Assembly: GCA_016712355.1 (NCBI GenBank)
Contig: JADJRF010000005.1
Coordinates: 1,997,184 to 2,061,183, forward strand
DNA from: Vampirovibrionales bacterium
Lineage (GTDB): Bacteria; Cyanobacteriota; Vampirovibrionia; Vampirovibrionales; Vampirovibrionaceae
Reading direction: 5' to 3'
Length of the DNA stretch: 64,000 nucleotides
Part shown: one piece after another, positions 19,064 to 29,696 of the stretch
Position numbering within the stretch: the first letter of the stretch is position 1
Layout of the letters: each line of letters starts with the position of its first letter
Program-made: the position numbers and the translations under genes
Notes under the pieces: model-generated
The model's input: the letters and a program-made list of their open reading frames with translations, nothing else
What the model was told of the DNA's origin: nothing
Database searches by the model: none

Positions 19064-20113
19064 TTATTCTTCCTCTGCGCCGTCGTCCGGAGCGGGAGGG
19101 ATGGCTTGCGGCGTGGGCGGCAGTTCGCGGACGAGCCAATCAGCGATCGGCTTCATCAGTTGCGGATAGAAGCGCAGCATATCCGTGCCGTGGCCAATAT
19201 TGCGGAATAACAACAGTTCTTTATGGCCAGAAGCCAGGCGATACAGCATATTCGTATCGTCAAAGGCCTGAGGATCATCCTGGCTGGCTATCATCAGGAT
19301 GGCATTCTTGAAGGCGTACATCGCCTGCGTGGTTTTTAGGCCCTTGTAATCGAGTCCGGCGGATAGCGTCACGACAGCGCGCACGCGGGCATTGTCGCCA
19401 GATGCGCCCAACACAGCAGCATTTGCGCCGATGCTCGCGCCAATAATCGCCACCCTGCGAGAGTCTACCTGCGGGTAATCTTCTGAGGCATCGAAATAAC
19501 GCGCCGCGCGCAGGGCGTCTTGCGGATATTTGGCCCAATCGGAGGCGGCGAACTGGCGCCAACTGACGTTGCGCCAGACGCTCTTGCCATGACCGCGCAA
19601 ATCGAGCGTAAGGGCGGCATAGCCCCTGGAAACCAGCAGCGCGGGCAGCTCACCCCAATCTTTATAGCCGCCGTTAAGCGGATGCAGCAGAATCACCAGC
19701 GGATAGCGGACCTTGGGCCCCGCGTCTTCTTCGCCGTCTCCCGAAGCGGCGGCGTCGGACGCGTCCGCATCGCTTTCAGGCTTCTGGAAGGGGTCGTAGA
19801 GTCGGCCGTAAAGCGTCCCGCCGGGCTGATCCGTGGGAATGGCGACTTCTTCGTAAGGCAGGCGCGCGATTGACGTGAACCCCAGCTTCTTGTCCGCTTC
19901 AGCCCCGGCAGCGCTGGCGTCGCTCTCGTCATCTTCATCGCCGCCGGCGTCTGTTTCTGCGCTGGGCTCAGTGGTTTGGGCGGCTTTCGGGTCTTTGGCG
20001 CCGTGTTTAGAGGCATCCTTGGCGGGAGGCGCGCCGCATCCGACGAGTAATCCTGCGATGCAGACAAGCGACACCAGAGCGGCGCCGGAGCGAAGGGCGA
20101 GAGCGTGCGTCAT
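19064..20113 (-). CDS. Alpha/beta hydrolase lipoprotein
   Basis: Signal peptide with lipobox (LLVGC). HGGG-like oxyanion region, a nucleophile-elbow-like GASIG and a C-terminal His. Its start overlaps the upstream kinase stop as ATGA. Confidence 0.65.
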   Translation of the reverse strand: MTHALALRSGAALVSLVCIAGLLVGCGAPPAKDASKHGAKDPKAAQTTEPSAETDAGGDEDDESDASAAGAEADKKLGFTSIARLPYEEVAIPTDQPGGTLYGRLYDPFQKPESDADASDAAASGDGEEDAGPKVRYPLVILLHPLNGGYKDWGELPALLVSRGYAALTLDLRGHGKSVWRNVSWRQFAASDWAKYPQDALRAARYFDASEDYPQVDSRRVAIIGASIGANAAVLGASGDNARVRAVVTLSAGLDYKGLKTTQAMYAFKNAILMIASQDDPQAFDDTNMLYRLASGHKELLLFRNIGHGTDMLRFYPQLMKPIADWLVRELPPTPQAIPPAPDDGAEEE

Positions 20114-21468
20114 GAAGGCGGATTCCCGTGGGCATGATTCAACAAAGGGGTTTCCAGCGGCAGAACCAGCGCAAACACGCTGCCCTCGCCCGGACGCGAA
20201 GACAACAGCTCAACGCTGCCGCCGTGCGATTGCAGAATTTTACGGCTATGCGCCAGGCCCAGCCCTGTCCCGTTTTTCTTGGTGGAGAAATACGGGGTAA
20301 ACAGCTTTTGTCGCACCAGTTCTTCTACGCCTGCGCCCTGATCCCGGACTTTGACATAAACATTGGAATCGCCCTTGCGGCGCGCGACGTTCACGGTCAC
20401 CTCGTCGCCTGCGCGTGAGACTTCCAGCGCGTTTTTCAGCAGATTGACCAGCGCCTGACGGATGCGCCCGGCGTCGAGGCGCAGGTTCAGGCCTTCCAGC
20501 GCCGATTCCTGAATGCGCAAGGTCACGCCGCGCTCGTCGTAGGACGGGCGGAAGAACTCGCACACCTCGCGCGTGATCGCCACCAGCGGCACATCCTGCA
20601 GGTCCAGCGTGAGGGGGCGCGCATACTGGCTGAGTTCCGAGAGAATCATTTCCAGACTCTCAATCGACTGGCGAATGAGCGCCACATTTTTATTGAGGGG
20701 CTCGCGCAGGGCCTCGGCCTCTTCCGGGGTCCCGGACAAGGGCGCCTGAGCGACCTGGGCTTCAATCAGCTTGGCGTACAAGTCGATCAGCCCCAGCGGA
20801 TTCCGGATTTCGTGCGCAATGACCGAACACAGCTTACCGACCGCCGCCAGGCACTCCTGATCGACCATCCGCCGGTTGAGTTCGCTGACTTGGGCCAACG
20901 CCGCCCCCAACGCCTGATTACGATTCTCCAGGCCATTGACCAGCGAAGAAATGACCAGCGTCCATTTTTCATCGAAGCGTCGATCCAGCGGCGTCGCCTG
21001 AATCAGCGTGGCGAGGGATTCGGCGTCGGGCAGGCGGCCGGCGGCCATTTCGGCAACGCGCAGGGCCAGCGAGCGACAGTCCTGCGGATGAAACGTCCAG
21101 CCGCCGTTGGCCATCGCCAGCGATTGACGCGCATCCGGCCGCCAGTGAATCGCCGCGCAATGGCGATCGGTCAGAATAATGACAAAGCCCAGTTTCAGGG
21201 CGTCCGCCTCCTGAAAAGCGTCATCCAGCCGGTAAATCGTCATTTCGGGACGACCGGCGAGCGAGTCGATAATGGGTTCGAGCCGCTCATCGCCCAGCGT
21301 GCGGCAAATAGCCAGCCCTTGCAGGCGATGCTCGCGAATCATGCGAATCATGCACGACAGCAGATTTTCAAATGTATCCTTGGCGTAAAGTCCCGTGCAG
21401 GCGCTCAGGTGAGCGAATATCCCCTCCAGCCGGGTTTTTTCGTCAATCATGCCGTGAGCCTCATCCAA
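20110..21468 (-). CDS. Sensor histidine kinase (cytoplasmic, N-terminal sensor domain)
   Basis: H-box IAHEIRNPLG, then N, G1 (VRDQGAGV) and G2 (GTGLGL) boxes. No TM segments and no adjacent response regulator. Confidence 0.8.
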   Translation of the reverse strand: MDEAHGMIDEKTRLEGIFAHLSACTGLYAKDTFENLLSCMIRMIREHRLQGLAICRTLGDERLEPIIDSLAGRPEMTIYRLDDAFQEADALKLGFVIILTDRHCAAIHWRPDARQSLAMANGGWTFHPQDCRSLALRVAEMAAGRLPDAESLATLIQATPLDRRFDEKWTLVISSLVNGLENRNQALGAALAQVSELNRRMVDQECLAAVGKLCSVIAHEIRNPLGLIDLYAKLIEAQVAQAPLSGTPEEAEALREPLNKNVALIRQSIESLEMILSELSQYARPLTLDLQDVPLVAITREVCEFFRPSYDERGVTLRIQESALEGLNLRLDAGRIRQALVNLLKNALEVSRAGDEVTVNVARRKGDSNVYVKVRDQGAGVEELVRQKLFTPYFSTKKNGTGLGLAHSRKILQSHGGSVELLSSRPGEGSVFALVLPLETPLLNHAHGNPPS

Positions 21469-21647
21469 AAAATACCGCCCCCCCGGCCCTCAAACGCGCA
21501 AGCGGCGCGCCTGACGCCGGACTGGTAAAACGGGAAGCCGCCAACCGCATACCAATGAGAGCCATGCAGCGAAAAAGCCCCACGCGCCACCAGCGCTATC
21601 AAACCATATCCAGTATACCGCAGGCTGACGATTTGGGCGATGGGACG

Positions 21648-23390
21648 TTATTTCTCCGGCGGCGACAACGGGGCAAGCTTCCACAGACGCGCCGAACCCG
21701 ATGCATCCGAAAAAACCGGCGTCAGCTGATCGCGATGCGCCGCAAGCGCCGGGGCCAGCAATCGACGGCTTTCTTTAAACACGCCATCGTCTAAAATATA
21801 CAACGCCTGGCCGGGAGTGGCGCTTAAGGCGTCGCGCTCGGCCTGTAGCCAGGCGAACAGTTTGTTCGGGTCGCTGTAAAACGGATACCGCTTGGCATGG
21901 ACGCCCGTATAGAAAAACGCGAGTTCCGGCTTGCGGGCGATCAGCGTTGCGCGGCCCAGACGCCCGCTCTCCTGTGCGGCCTTGATCTGCGCCAGCGTTG
22001 CGAATAACGCCCCGTATCGCGGCGAAACCCCCGGCACGCCCGCAGCGCGGATCACGGCGGATTCGCTCCAAAAGGGCAGGGCGCGAGCCAGTTGCGTCGT
22101 GATGGCCAGCGTCGCCGCAATCATCAACGCGGCGGCGGCCAGCAGCGCGGCCCGCTCGCGCCGTTCAGGAGGAAAGCAGCGTTGCAGCGCTCCCAGAGCA
22201 AGCGTCAGACCCGTTAAATACGCCGCCGTCACCCACGGCAAAACCGGCAGCAGATACCGCGGGCTGACGTAAGGATACGTGAGCAGCAGCAGGAGATAAA
22301 AGCCGGTATACAGCCCCAGAATCCGCAGGGCGCGGGGTTGACGCCAGAAGCCAAAGGCAATCAGCGCCAGGGAAAAGATCATCAGCAGCCCGCGGGTCAG
22401 GCCGGGAAGGCGAAACCCGTCCAGGCAGATGGGCCAGAACGTCTCAGTCGCCATGCGGCCGTATTGTTCCAGACGCCGCAGGCTGTCCTTGAGCAGCAGA
22501 GCGGGCGCCGCGGCGTTTACGGAGGCGTCTTCGTCGCCGGGATCGCGGGCGACAAAGTATTTGAGAAACGAGATTTTAACGGGAGAAGCGTCGACAAAGC
22601 GTTGCAGCGCAGGATCGCCTGCCGTTTGGACGCTTCGGTACTGATGCTCGGACAAAAGCCAGCCGCCATAAAGCGAAACCGTCGCGAGCAAGGCCAGCGC
22701 GGCGCTTTTCCAGCGTCGATCCAGACTCTCATGCGCCGAAGCCGCAACGCCCAGCATCAGGCCAACAGGACGCATCATCGGCATGAGCGCGAGCAAGGCC
22801 AGCAAGCGGATGGCGCGACTTCGCGAGGCGAACGGCCCGCCCGGCTGCCCGGCGCCCTTGATGAAATCCCACAGAAACACAGCCGACAGAAACAAATAGG
22901 GGATATCCGCCAGCAAATCGCCCCAATAGCGATGGGCCACGCCGCTAACGACCAGCAGCAATGCGGTCAGCAAGGCGATTTTCGCAGGGGCGCGGCGGCG
23001 ATAGAGGCTGTAAATGAGCGCGATGGCGCCGGCGTACAGGGCCAGCGTCAGGCCCTTCAGCGCGGGAACGACCACGGCGGGCTGATAGGAGCCCAACAGC
23101 TTCATCACGGCGGCAATCATGGCAGGCCAGAGGGGTGGATAGTTGAACACCGGCTGCGGCGTCGGAAGTGACGGCAGCACGTAAGCGCCCGCCTTGGCCA
23201 GACTGAATCCGAGCAGGTAGTAGCTCGCGCCGTCCGTATTTTGCGCCGACAGCCACGGGTGAATCGTCCACCCGCCAATGATCGCCAGCGACAGGAGCGC
23301 GATAGCCAGCGAAGCCAGCTCCAGTTTGTCGGCCCTGTCGGAGGCAAGCGAGCGCCACCAAGGCAAAACGGGCGGGGATGATGGGGTCAT
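21648..23390 (-). CDS. Polytopic membrane protein, ArnT/PMT-like (GT39/GT83-type) glycosyltransferase family (tentative)
   Basis: More than 10 predicted TM helices in 580 aa with a PMT_2-like architecture. Confidence 0.45.
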   Translation of the reverse strand: MTPSSPPVLPWWRSLASDRADKLELASLAIALLSLAIIGGWTIHPWLSAQNTDGASYYLLGFSLAKAGAYVLPSLPTPQPVFNYPPLWPAMIAAVMKLLGSYQPAVVVPALKGLTLALYAGAIALIYSLYRRRAPAKIALLTALLLVVSGVAHRYWGDLLADIPYLFLSAVFLWDFIKGAGQPGGPFASRSRAIRLLALLALMPMMRPVGLMLGVAASAHESLDRRWKSAALALLATVSLYGGWLLSEHQYRSVQTAGDPALQRFVDASPVKISFLKYFVARDPGDEDASVNAAAPALLLKDSLRRLEQYGRMATETFWPICLDGFRLPGLTRGLLMIFSLALIAFGFWRQPRALRILGLYTGFYLLLLLTYPYVSPRYLLPVLPWVTAAYLTGLTLALGALQRCFPPERRERAALLAAAALMIAATLAITTQLARALPFWSESAVIRAAGVPGVSPRYGALFATLAQIKAAQESGRLGRATLIARKPELAFFYTGVHAKRYPFYSDPNKLFAWLQAERDALSATPGQALYILDDGVFKESRRLLAPALAAHRDQLTPVFSDASGSARLWKLAPLSPPEK

Positions 23391-23445
23391 AGCCGCGGGG
23401 GGCTCCTATCCTGTGGATATTCTGTAGTATGGAGAAAATCGCGCT

Positions 23446-23575
23446 CGGGCTCAAGCGTCGGCTTGCCGACGCGCCGTATCTTAAGAATCCGGCTTGCCGA
23501 CGCGCCTTATCTCAAGAATCCGGCTTGCCGATGCGTCTTATTCTTAAAAATCCGGCAAGCTGACGCGTTTTCGCC
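23446..23575. repeat. Intergenic tandem direct repeat: 3 x about 31 bp (ggcttgccgacgcgccNtatcttaagaatcc) plus a partial inverted copy
   Basis: Units at about 23461, 23492 and 23523 differ at 2-4 positions. A fourth unit contains ccggcaagc in inverted orientation. Confidence 0.75.
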
Positions 23576-25080
23576 TAAACGCCTGCCTGCAAGCGCGCCG
23601 TGACCTCAGCATCCGCCTGAAGCAGCGCGCTTTGAGCGATGACCTCCGCGTCTTCCACTGCGCGACCTTTGGCCGGGGGCATGCCTCGCGCAGTCATCAC
23701 GGCGCGAATTTCGCCCGGAATGGCCTCGCTGAGGCGCGCGCGCGTGCGGGCCATCATCCCGGCGGCGATGCCAACGGCTTCTCCCAGCAAGGCATTATGC
23801 TGAATAATCCGCCCCGCGCCTTGGCCCAAAGGCGAATACCCCGCGGAGCGCCCGACCACGGCGAAGCGCCCATCACCCGCCATTGGCCCGCCAGGCAGCA
23901 AGGCCAGCGCAGGCCCCAAGCCCACGTTAAACAGCGGTTTTGCGAGCGATTCGCCGGGATAATGCGCCGCCAGCGTAATGCCGCGTAAGTCCAGCCAGTA
24001 GCTATACGCGCCGATAGCGTCCTCTGCTTCGACGCCGCCGCCCAGCGCCTGCCCAGCCGTCATCATCCGGCGCGACTGGATATTGAGGGTCTGACGCACG
24101 TAGAGGGCTTGCGGCGCCAGGACGCGCGCGCGTCGAAACCCGCCCGCATCTTGCAGAAAACGCTCGAAATCCTGAAGCGCCTCTTGAAGTCCTTGCGGCC
24201 AGCGCCCCTCGCCGCGCGAATAACGCAGCAAGCTGTCAAGATCGCGCCCGCGCATCACCAGACCATTGAATCCCAATGTTTCATTGGGCAGACGGGCGAT
24301 ATTAAAACCATCGACGGCGATTTCCGCCTGAGGATAGTCGCTCGCCGCCGCGCCGCGCCATACGTGAAACGCCACGCCAATAAGCGGGTTCAGGATATCG
24401 ATATAGTCGTCGTCGGGCGGCGAAACCACCGGACGCACAAGCAGTTCTTCGCGCTGTATCGGCGTCAGATGCGGCAATCCTGCGGCCAGATAATCGGCGG
24501 CGCGCGGCGACTGGCGCAGAGAGGCTTCAAAGGCGATCAGTCCTTCACGATCCACGCCTTGCGTCTGAAACACAGGCGTTACGCCCAGAAAATTACATTC
24601 AGGACCGAAAAGCCCCCCGAGCCCTTCGGTATAGCGGACTTTTAACGCGCGGGCGATATCGGCGTCGGGCGTCGCATCAATCAGGATGCGCGCAAACAGG
24701 GGCCGCCCCTTGCCGGAGGGATCATCAAGGCGCCAGCGGCGATCGTCGGCTTCCCAGCGCGGCGTAACAGCCTGACGCGCGTACACAGACGCCCCGGATT
24801 CGTGCAGCATGGTCACCAACGCTTCATTGGCGGCGGGCGCATACAGCGCGACGCGGCGAACGCCCGCCCTCGTAAGAAACTCCGCAAACAGCGCGCCCCA
24901 CAGTCCCGGCGTGATATCCATATAGCAGAGCCCGCCGCGCGTGGACAGCCCGCCCAGCCCATTCCCGGCGCCGCGCGGGTGAATCAGGGCCGTTCGCGCG
25001 CCAAATCGCGCCGCCGAGACGGCGGTCAGGACGCTTTCTACCTCGTCGCCTACGACGGCGACGTCATAAACTCCGCTCAC
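23575..25080 (-). CDS. FAD-dependent oxidoreductase family protein
   Basis: N-terminal YDVAVVGDEVESVLTAVSAARFGARTAL dinucleotide-binding beta-alpha-beta. About 500 aa. Confidence 0.5.
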   Translation of the reverse strand: MSGVYDVAVVGDEVESVLTAVSAARFGARTALIHPRGAGNGLGGLSTRGGLCYMDITPGLWGALFAEFLTRAGVRRVALYAPAANEALVTMLHESGASVYARQAVTPRWEADDRRWRLDDPSGKGRPLFARILIDATPDADIARALKVRYTEGLGGLFGPECNFLGVTPVFQTQGVDREGLIAFEASLRQSPRAADYLAAGLPHLTPIQREELLVRPVVSPPDDDYIDILNPLIGVAFHVWRGAAASDYPQAEIAVDGFNIARLPNETLGFNGLVMRGRDLDSLLRYSRGEGRWPQGLQEALQDFERFLQDAGGFRRARVLAPQALYVRQTLNIQSRRMMTAGQALGGGVEAEDAIGAYSYWLDLRGITLAAHYPGESLAKPLFNVGLGPALALLPGGPMAGDGRFAVVGRSAGYSPLGQGAGRIIQHNALLGEAVGIAAGMMARTRARLSEAIPGEIRAVMTARGMPPAKGRAVEDAEVIAQSALLQADAEVTARLQAGV

Positions 25081-25101
25081 TCGCTTAGCGCTCCCTGCGC
25101 G

Positions 25102-25308
25102 CTAAAGTCGGACGCTGGCGCCGCAGGCCTGACAGGCATAATTGGGCTCGCCCAGTTGATTCAAACCCTGGTATTGCATCGGTTCGCCGCAGCGGCAGAC
25201 GACTTTCTCGCCCTGGGCGTCGCGACTGCTGGAGGCGCAGGCGGCATTCATGCACTTCTCTCCGCTTTCGCTTTTAATGACGCGACCGCCGCATACGCTA
25301 CAGGGCAT
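25102..25308 (-). CDS. Small Cys-rich zinc-ribbon protein (68 aa)
   Basis: CSVCGG..C..C ... CRCG ... CQAC. Four Cys pairs in 68 residues. Confidence 0.4.
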   Translation of the reverse strand: MPCSVCGGRVIKSESGEKCMNAACASSSRDAQGEKVVCRCGEPMQYQGLNQLGEPNYACQACGASVRL

Positions 25309-25586
25309 GAAGAGCCTCCTTTATGATGGAACTATGGATGCGCGCGCCGGACGCTCTCTGTTGAAAATCAGCCCCGCGGCTCCGAAGAGTCATCATACTC
25401 GATAAATCCTGGGCCTGATAAATCCCGGACAGATTAAAGTCCCCGTGAACGCAGCGCGCGCGAGGCGGCGGCGCGTGTTCTGACGCCGGGTTTTTGGTAG
25501 TCTTGTGGTGAGACGCTTGCATCATACGCTTGCGTTGCTTCCGTTCAAGACGCGCTGACGCCCCCTGAAACCGGAGTTCGCCCTCT

Positions 25587-28520
25587 ATGACGCCTTCTTC
25601 GACGCCCGCTTCGCCCTCCGGCGTGGAATACAAGGACACCCTGAATCTGCCCCAAACCACCTTCAAGATGAAGGCCGGGGCCGCCGCGCGCGAGCCGGAA
25701 ATCGAGGCGCTGTGGGAAGAACTCGACGTCTATAATCGCGCGCAAGCCAGTCGCGATAAATCCCGCAAGTTTATTCTGCATGACGGGCCGCCGTATTTGA
25801 GTTCCGACAAGATTCACATCGGGACCGCGCTCAATAAGGTCCTAAAGGACATCATCACCCGGTATAAGTTTCAGCGCGGGTATTACGCGCCCTACGTGCC
25901 GGGCTACGACGGGCACGGGCTGCCAATCGAGAACGCCGTGGTCAAGTCCGTCAAAGGCGGTCGCAGCGCCATCACCCCGCTGGAGTTGCGCAAGCGTTGC
26001 CGGGAATTCGCCGCCAAAAACCTTCAGGGACAAGAAGCCAACTTCAAACGTCTGGGCGTCTGGGGAGACTGGGCTCATCCGTATCTCAGCATCGACGCGG
26101 CCTTTGAAGCCACACAGGTCAAGCTTTTTGCCCAGATGTACGAAAAAGGCTTCGCCTACAAGGGCCTGAAGCCGGTCTATTGGTGTTCGGACTGCGAAAC
26201 CGCTCTCGCCGACGCCGAAGTCGATTACGCTGATCACACCAGCGACAGCATCTACGTGCGTTTCGCCTTCGACGACGACTCGCTGACGCCGCAACAGGCC
26301 TTACTGAGCGGCGCAAAAGCCGTTATCTGGACGACCACTCCATGGACGCTGCCCGCCAATCTGGCGCTGGCGGTGAATGCGAGTTTTCTGTATGTGGTCA
26401 TTGAAACCGAGGACGGCGAACGGCTGCTGCTGGCCAAAGACCGTCTGGACGCCTTTGCGCAGGACGTCGGGCTGGAATCGTGGAAAATCTGCGGCGAAAT
26501 GGATGGTCAGGGGCTGGAATTCGCCCGGGCCCGGCATCCGTTTATGGATCGCCTCGCGCCGGTGCTGTGCGGCTCGCACGTCACCCTGGACGCAGGCACC
26601 GGCGTCGTCCATACCGCGCCCGGCCACGGGATGGAAGACTACGCCCTGTGTCACGACTATAACCGCAAGGCGTTTCGCGACAATCCCCTGCCGATTCTGT
26701 CGCCGCTCAATAATCGGGGCGTGTTTACGGAAGAAGGCGGAGAGCGCCTCGCTGGAATGCGTTACGACAAGGCAAACGCCAAAGTGCTGGAGCTGCTCAG
26801 GGAAACCGGCGCGCTGCTGGGGCATACGCCTTACCTGCACAGTTACCCGCATTGCTGGCGCTGCCACGAGCCGGTGATTTACCGCGCGACCGAACAATGG
26901 TTTATCGCCGTGGACAAATTCCGCGAGGATGCCTTGCAGGCCATTCGCGGGGTGACGTGGATTCCCGCGCGCGGCGAGGCCCGCATCGCCAGCATGGTCG
27001 AAAGCCGCTCTGACTGGTGTATTAGCCGCCAGCGCGTGTGGGGCGTGCCGATTCCGGTATTTTACGACGACGCGACCGGCGAGATTCTCATTAATCAGGC
27101 GATTATCGCGCAGTTATACACTCTGTTTTCGCAGCACACCACGGATATCTGGTGGGAATGGACGCCCGAGCAATTGCTGGAAGGCTTATCGGACAACGAT
27201 AAGGCCGCCATCGGACTAGGCAAGCGCACGCTGCGCAAAGAGATGGACATTATGGACGTCTGGTTTGACAGCGGCGTCACCCACACGGCCGTCGTCGAAG
27301 CCCGCCACGAACAACTGGGCCATCTGCCGGTTGAACTCTATCTGGAAGGCTCGGATCAGCATCGCGGCTGGTTTCAGTCGTCGCTGCTCACCTCGGTGAT
27401 GCTGCACGGCATGGCGCCGTATCAGCGCGTGCTGACCCACGGCTTTGTGCTGGACGGACAAGGCCGCAAGATGAGCAAGAGTCTGGGCAATGTCATCGAC
27501 CCCAATGCGCTGATCGCCCAGCACGGGGCCGACGTACTGCGTCTGTGGGTCGCCAGCGTCGATTACTCGGTCGACGTCCGGCTCGGACAGGAGACGGTCC
27601 AGCAACTCGTCGAGGTCTACAAGAAAATCCGCAATACTGTTCGCTATATGATCAGTAATCTATATGATTTCGACCCGGCGCAGCACACGGTCGCCCCTGA
27701 AGCGCTGGCACCGCTGGATCGCTATATCCTGCATCGCTTACAGGAAGTGGTCTCAGCCGTCGGCGAATCGTTCGATCAGTATGAATTCCACCGGTATTAT
27801 CAGGCCTTGCAGAATTTCTGCGTGGTGGAGCTGTCGGCGCTGTATTTTGACGTCTGCAAGGACGTCCTGTACTGCGATCCGGCCAACAGTCCGCAGCGGC
27901 GCGCGATTCAGACGACGCTGATGACGCTGATGAAAACCCTTATCCCGATGCTGGCGCCGGTGACGCCGCATCTGGCGGATGACATCTGGCTGAACCTGCC
28001 CCCAGCGCAGCAAGCGGCCTTTACTCCCGGCGAGACGCCGCCGCCCAGCGTCACGATGCTGCCGTGGCCCGAAGTGCGCATGGACGCGATGGATTACGGC
28101 GTGAAAGACGCCTTCAACGCCTTTTTCAGCGTAAAAGATGTCGTGAATCTCGCGCTGGATGCGGCGCGCGCGCGCGGCGATATCAAGAGTTCGCTGGAAG
28201 CGCGGGTGGAAATCTGCGTCAGCGAAGGCGCGGATCTCATCCTCAAGCCGTTGGGCGAACTGGCTCTTCCCCCGCTGCTGCTGGTCTCGGACGCCCGCAT
28301 TGTTGAGACGCCGTCTGACGAGGCCGATCTGCTGGAACGTCAGGAACGCTCAGAAATCCGTCTCTTCGGCGAAGAATCGCGCCGGATCGTGATTCAGGCG
28401 AGCGTCTATCGCGCAGTGGGCTCAAAATGCGCGCGTTGCTGGCACTTCTGCCCCTCTGTAGGCGAGATCGAAGGCCATGCCACGATTTGCCAGCGCTGTC
28501 ACGAAGCCGTCAACGCCTAA
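25587..28520 (+). CDS. ileS: Isoleucine--tRNA ligase
   Basis: HIGH-type motif (PPYLSSDKIHIGTALNK), KMSKS (GRKMSKSLGN), C-terminal CxxC..CxxC zinc finger. 977 aa. Confidence 0.95.
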   Translation: MTPSSTPASPSGVEYKDTLNLPQTTFKMKAGAAAREPEIEALWEELDVYNRAQASRDKSRKFILHDGPPYLSSDKIHIGTALNKVLKDIITRYKFQRGYYAPYVPGYDGHGLPIENAVVKSVKGGRSAITPLELRKRCREFAAKNLQGQEANFKRLGVWGDWAHPYLSIDAAFEATQVKLFAQMYEKGFAYKGLKPVYWCSDCETALADAEVDYADHTSDSIYVRFAFDDDSLTPQQALLSGAKAVIWTTTPWTLPANLALAVNASFLYVVIETEDGERLLLAKDRLDAFAQDVGLESWKICGEMDGQGLEFARARHPFMDRLAPVLCGSHVTLDAGTGVVHTAPGHGMEDYALCHDYNRKAFRDNPLPILSPLNNRGVFTEEGGERLAGMRYDKANAKVLELLRETGALLGHTPYLHSYPHCWRCHEPVIYRATEQWFIAVDKFREDALQAIRGVTWIPARGEARIASMVESRSDWCISRQRVWGVPIPVFYDDATGEILINQAIIAQLYTLFSQHTTDIWWEWTPEQLLEGLSDNDKAAIGLGKRTLRKEMDIMDVWFDSGVTHTAVVEARHEQLGHLPVELYLEGSDQHRGWFQSSLLTSVMLHGMAPYQRVLTHGFVLDGQGRKMSKSLGNVIDPNALIAQHGADVLRLWVASVDYSVDVRLGQETVQQLVEVYKKIRNTVRYMISNLYDFDPAQHTVAPEALAPLDRYILHRLQEVVSAVGESFDQYEFHRYYQALQNFCVVELSALYFDVCKDVLYCDPANSPQRRAIQTTLMTLMKTLIPMLAPVTPHLADDIWLNLPPAQQAAFTPGETPPPSVTMLPWPEVRMDAMDYGVKDAFNAFFSVKDVVNLALDAARARGDIKSSLEARVEICVSEGADLILKPLGELALPPLLLVSDARIVETPSDEADLLERQERSEIRLFGEESRRIVIQASVYRAVGSKCARCWHFCPSVGEIEGHATICQRCHEAVNA

Positions 28521-28584
28521 GCCAGCCCAGCGGTCAAAACAGGGCCCGCGTACGGCCTTCTATGAACGCCTTCTGAAGGCGTGA

Positions 28585-29622
28585 TTACTCGTTAGGGGCG
28601 ATGGCGATTTTAATCGCGCGCCCGGCCTCGACGGCTTCCAGCGCGTGGGTCACCTCGCGCAGGGGCGCGCGATCCGTAATGAGCGGCGTGGGATCAATAG
28701 TCCCGTCAGCAATCCAGCTCAGGGCCTTCTCAAAAAAGGCGGGCGTGTGGTGAAACGGACTAATCACCGTGATTTCATCGTAATGCAGCCGTCTGGCGTC
28801 CACCGGCAGAATCGTTCCCGCCGGACAACCCGCGAAGAGATTCACCAGACCGCCCCGGCGAACGAGCGTGAATGCCTTTTCCCACGTCTGCGGGAGCCCG
28901 ACGGCTTCAATGACGATATCGAATCCACGCCCGTGCGGGGTATAGCGTCGGACGATTTCTTCGGCGTCGCTGCTCTGGGCAATATCCACCACAGCGTCGG
29001 CCTGAGCGAAGCTCTCGGCGAGGCTTCGTTTCAGGGCATTGCGCCCCAGCGCCGTCACGTGCGCCCCGCTGATTTTGGCCGCGCGCGCCAGCAATTGCCC
29101 GATGGGCCCCAAGCCAATCACGGCCACGCGATCGCCGGGCGCGACATTGGAGAGGGCCACTCCGCGAAGCGAAACCGCCAGCGGTTCTGCGAAAGCGGCC
29201 GCCTCAAACGAGGCCTCAGCCGGAATTTTCAGCGTGTTGCGCGCGACAATCCGCGCGGGAATCACCAGATACTGGGCGTAAGCGCCATTGAGCAGATCGA
29301 GATCCACGCACAGATTAGGCTTGCCTTTGCGGCAATAGAAACACGATTCGCAGGGGGCCGAATTGGCCGCAACCACGCGATCGCCCAGCGCAAATTGCTG
29401 CACGCCCTCTCCCAGCGCCGCCACAGTACCGGCAAACTCATGGCCAAAAGGAGAGGGAAAAGACTTCAGCAACACCGGATGACCCCGGCGATAGCACTTC
29501 ACGTCGGTTCCACAGGTGAGCGCGCGCGCGATCTTCACCAACAACTCGCCAGGGCCGGGAGTGGGCAAGGGGACGCGCTCATAGCGAACATCGCCAGGCT
29601 GATAAAAGCGCATGGCCATCAT
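28585..29622 (-). CDS. Zinc-dependent alcohol dehydrogenase family (MDR) oxidoreductase
   Basis: CGTDVKCYRRGHP, GHEFAGTV and a structural-zinc Cys cluster. Start chosen at MMAMRFYQ. An alternative TGATG-coupled start exists at 29697. Confidence 0.75.
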   Translation of the reverse strand: MMAMRFYQPGDVRYERVPLPTPGPGELLVKIARALTCGTDVKCYRRGHPVLLKSFPSPFGHEFAGTVAALGEGVQQFALGDRVVAANSAPCESCFYCRKGKPNLCVDLDLLNGAYAQYLVIPARIVARNTLKIPAEASFEAAAFAEPLAVSLRGVALSNVAPGDRVAVIGLGPIGQLLARAAKISGAHVTALGRNALKRSLAESFAQADAVVDIAQSSDAEEIVRRYTPHGRGFDIVIEAVGLPQTWEKAFTLVRRGGLVNLFAGCPAGTILPVDARRLHYDEITVISPFHHTPAFFEKALSWIADGTIDPTPLITDRAPLREVTHALEAVEAGRAIKIAIAPNE

Positions 29623-29696
29623 CTCGGCGGGCAGGTCAGGCGGGCGAGAACCCGGCCGGTCCGGCCCAGGGCGATGCAGCGGGGCTTCCAGCGCCA

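Noticed and set aside
23446-23575. CRISPR array
   Set aside because: There are only three to four units. The spacers are the AT-rich part of the unit itself and are nearly identical, not unique. No cas genes are nearby.
28540-28575. Hairpin acgcct-tctga-aggcgt between ileS and the dehydrogenase
   Set aside because: The stem is 6 bp with no U-tract on either strand, so the evidence is insufficient.
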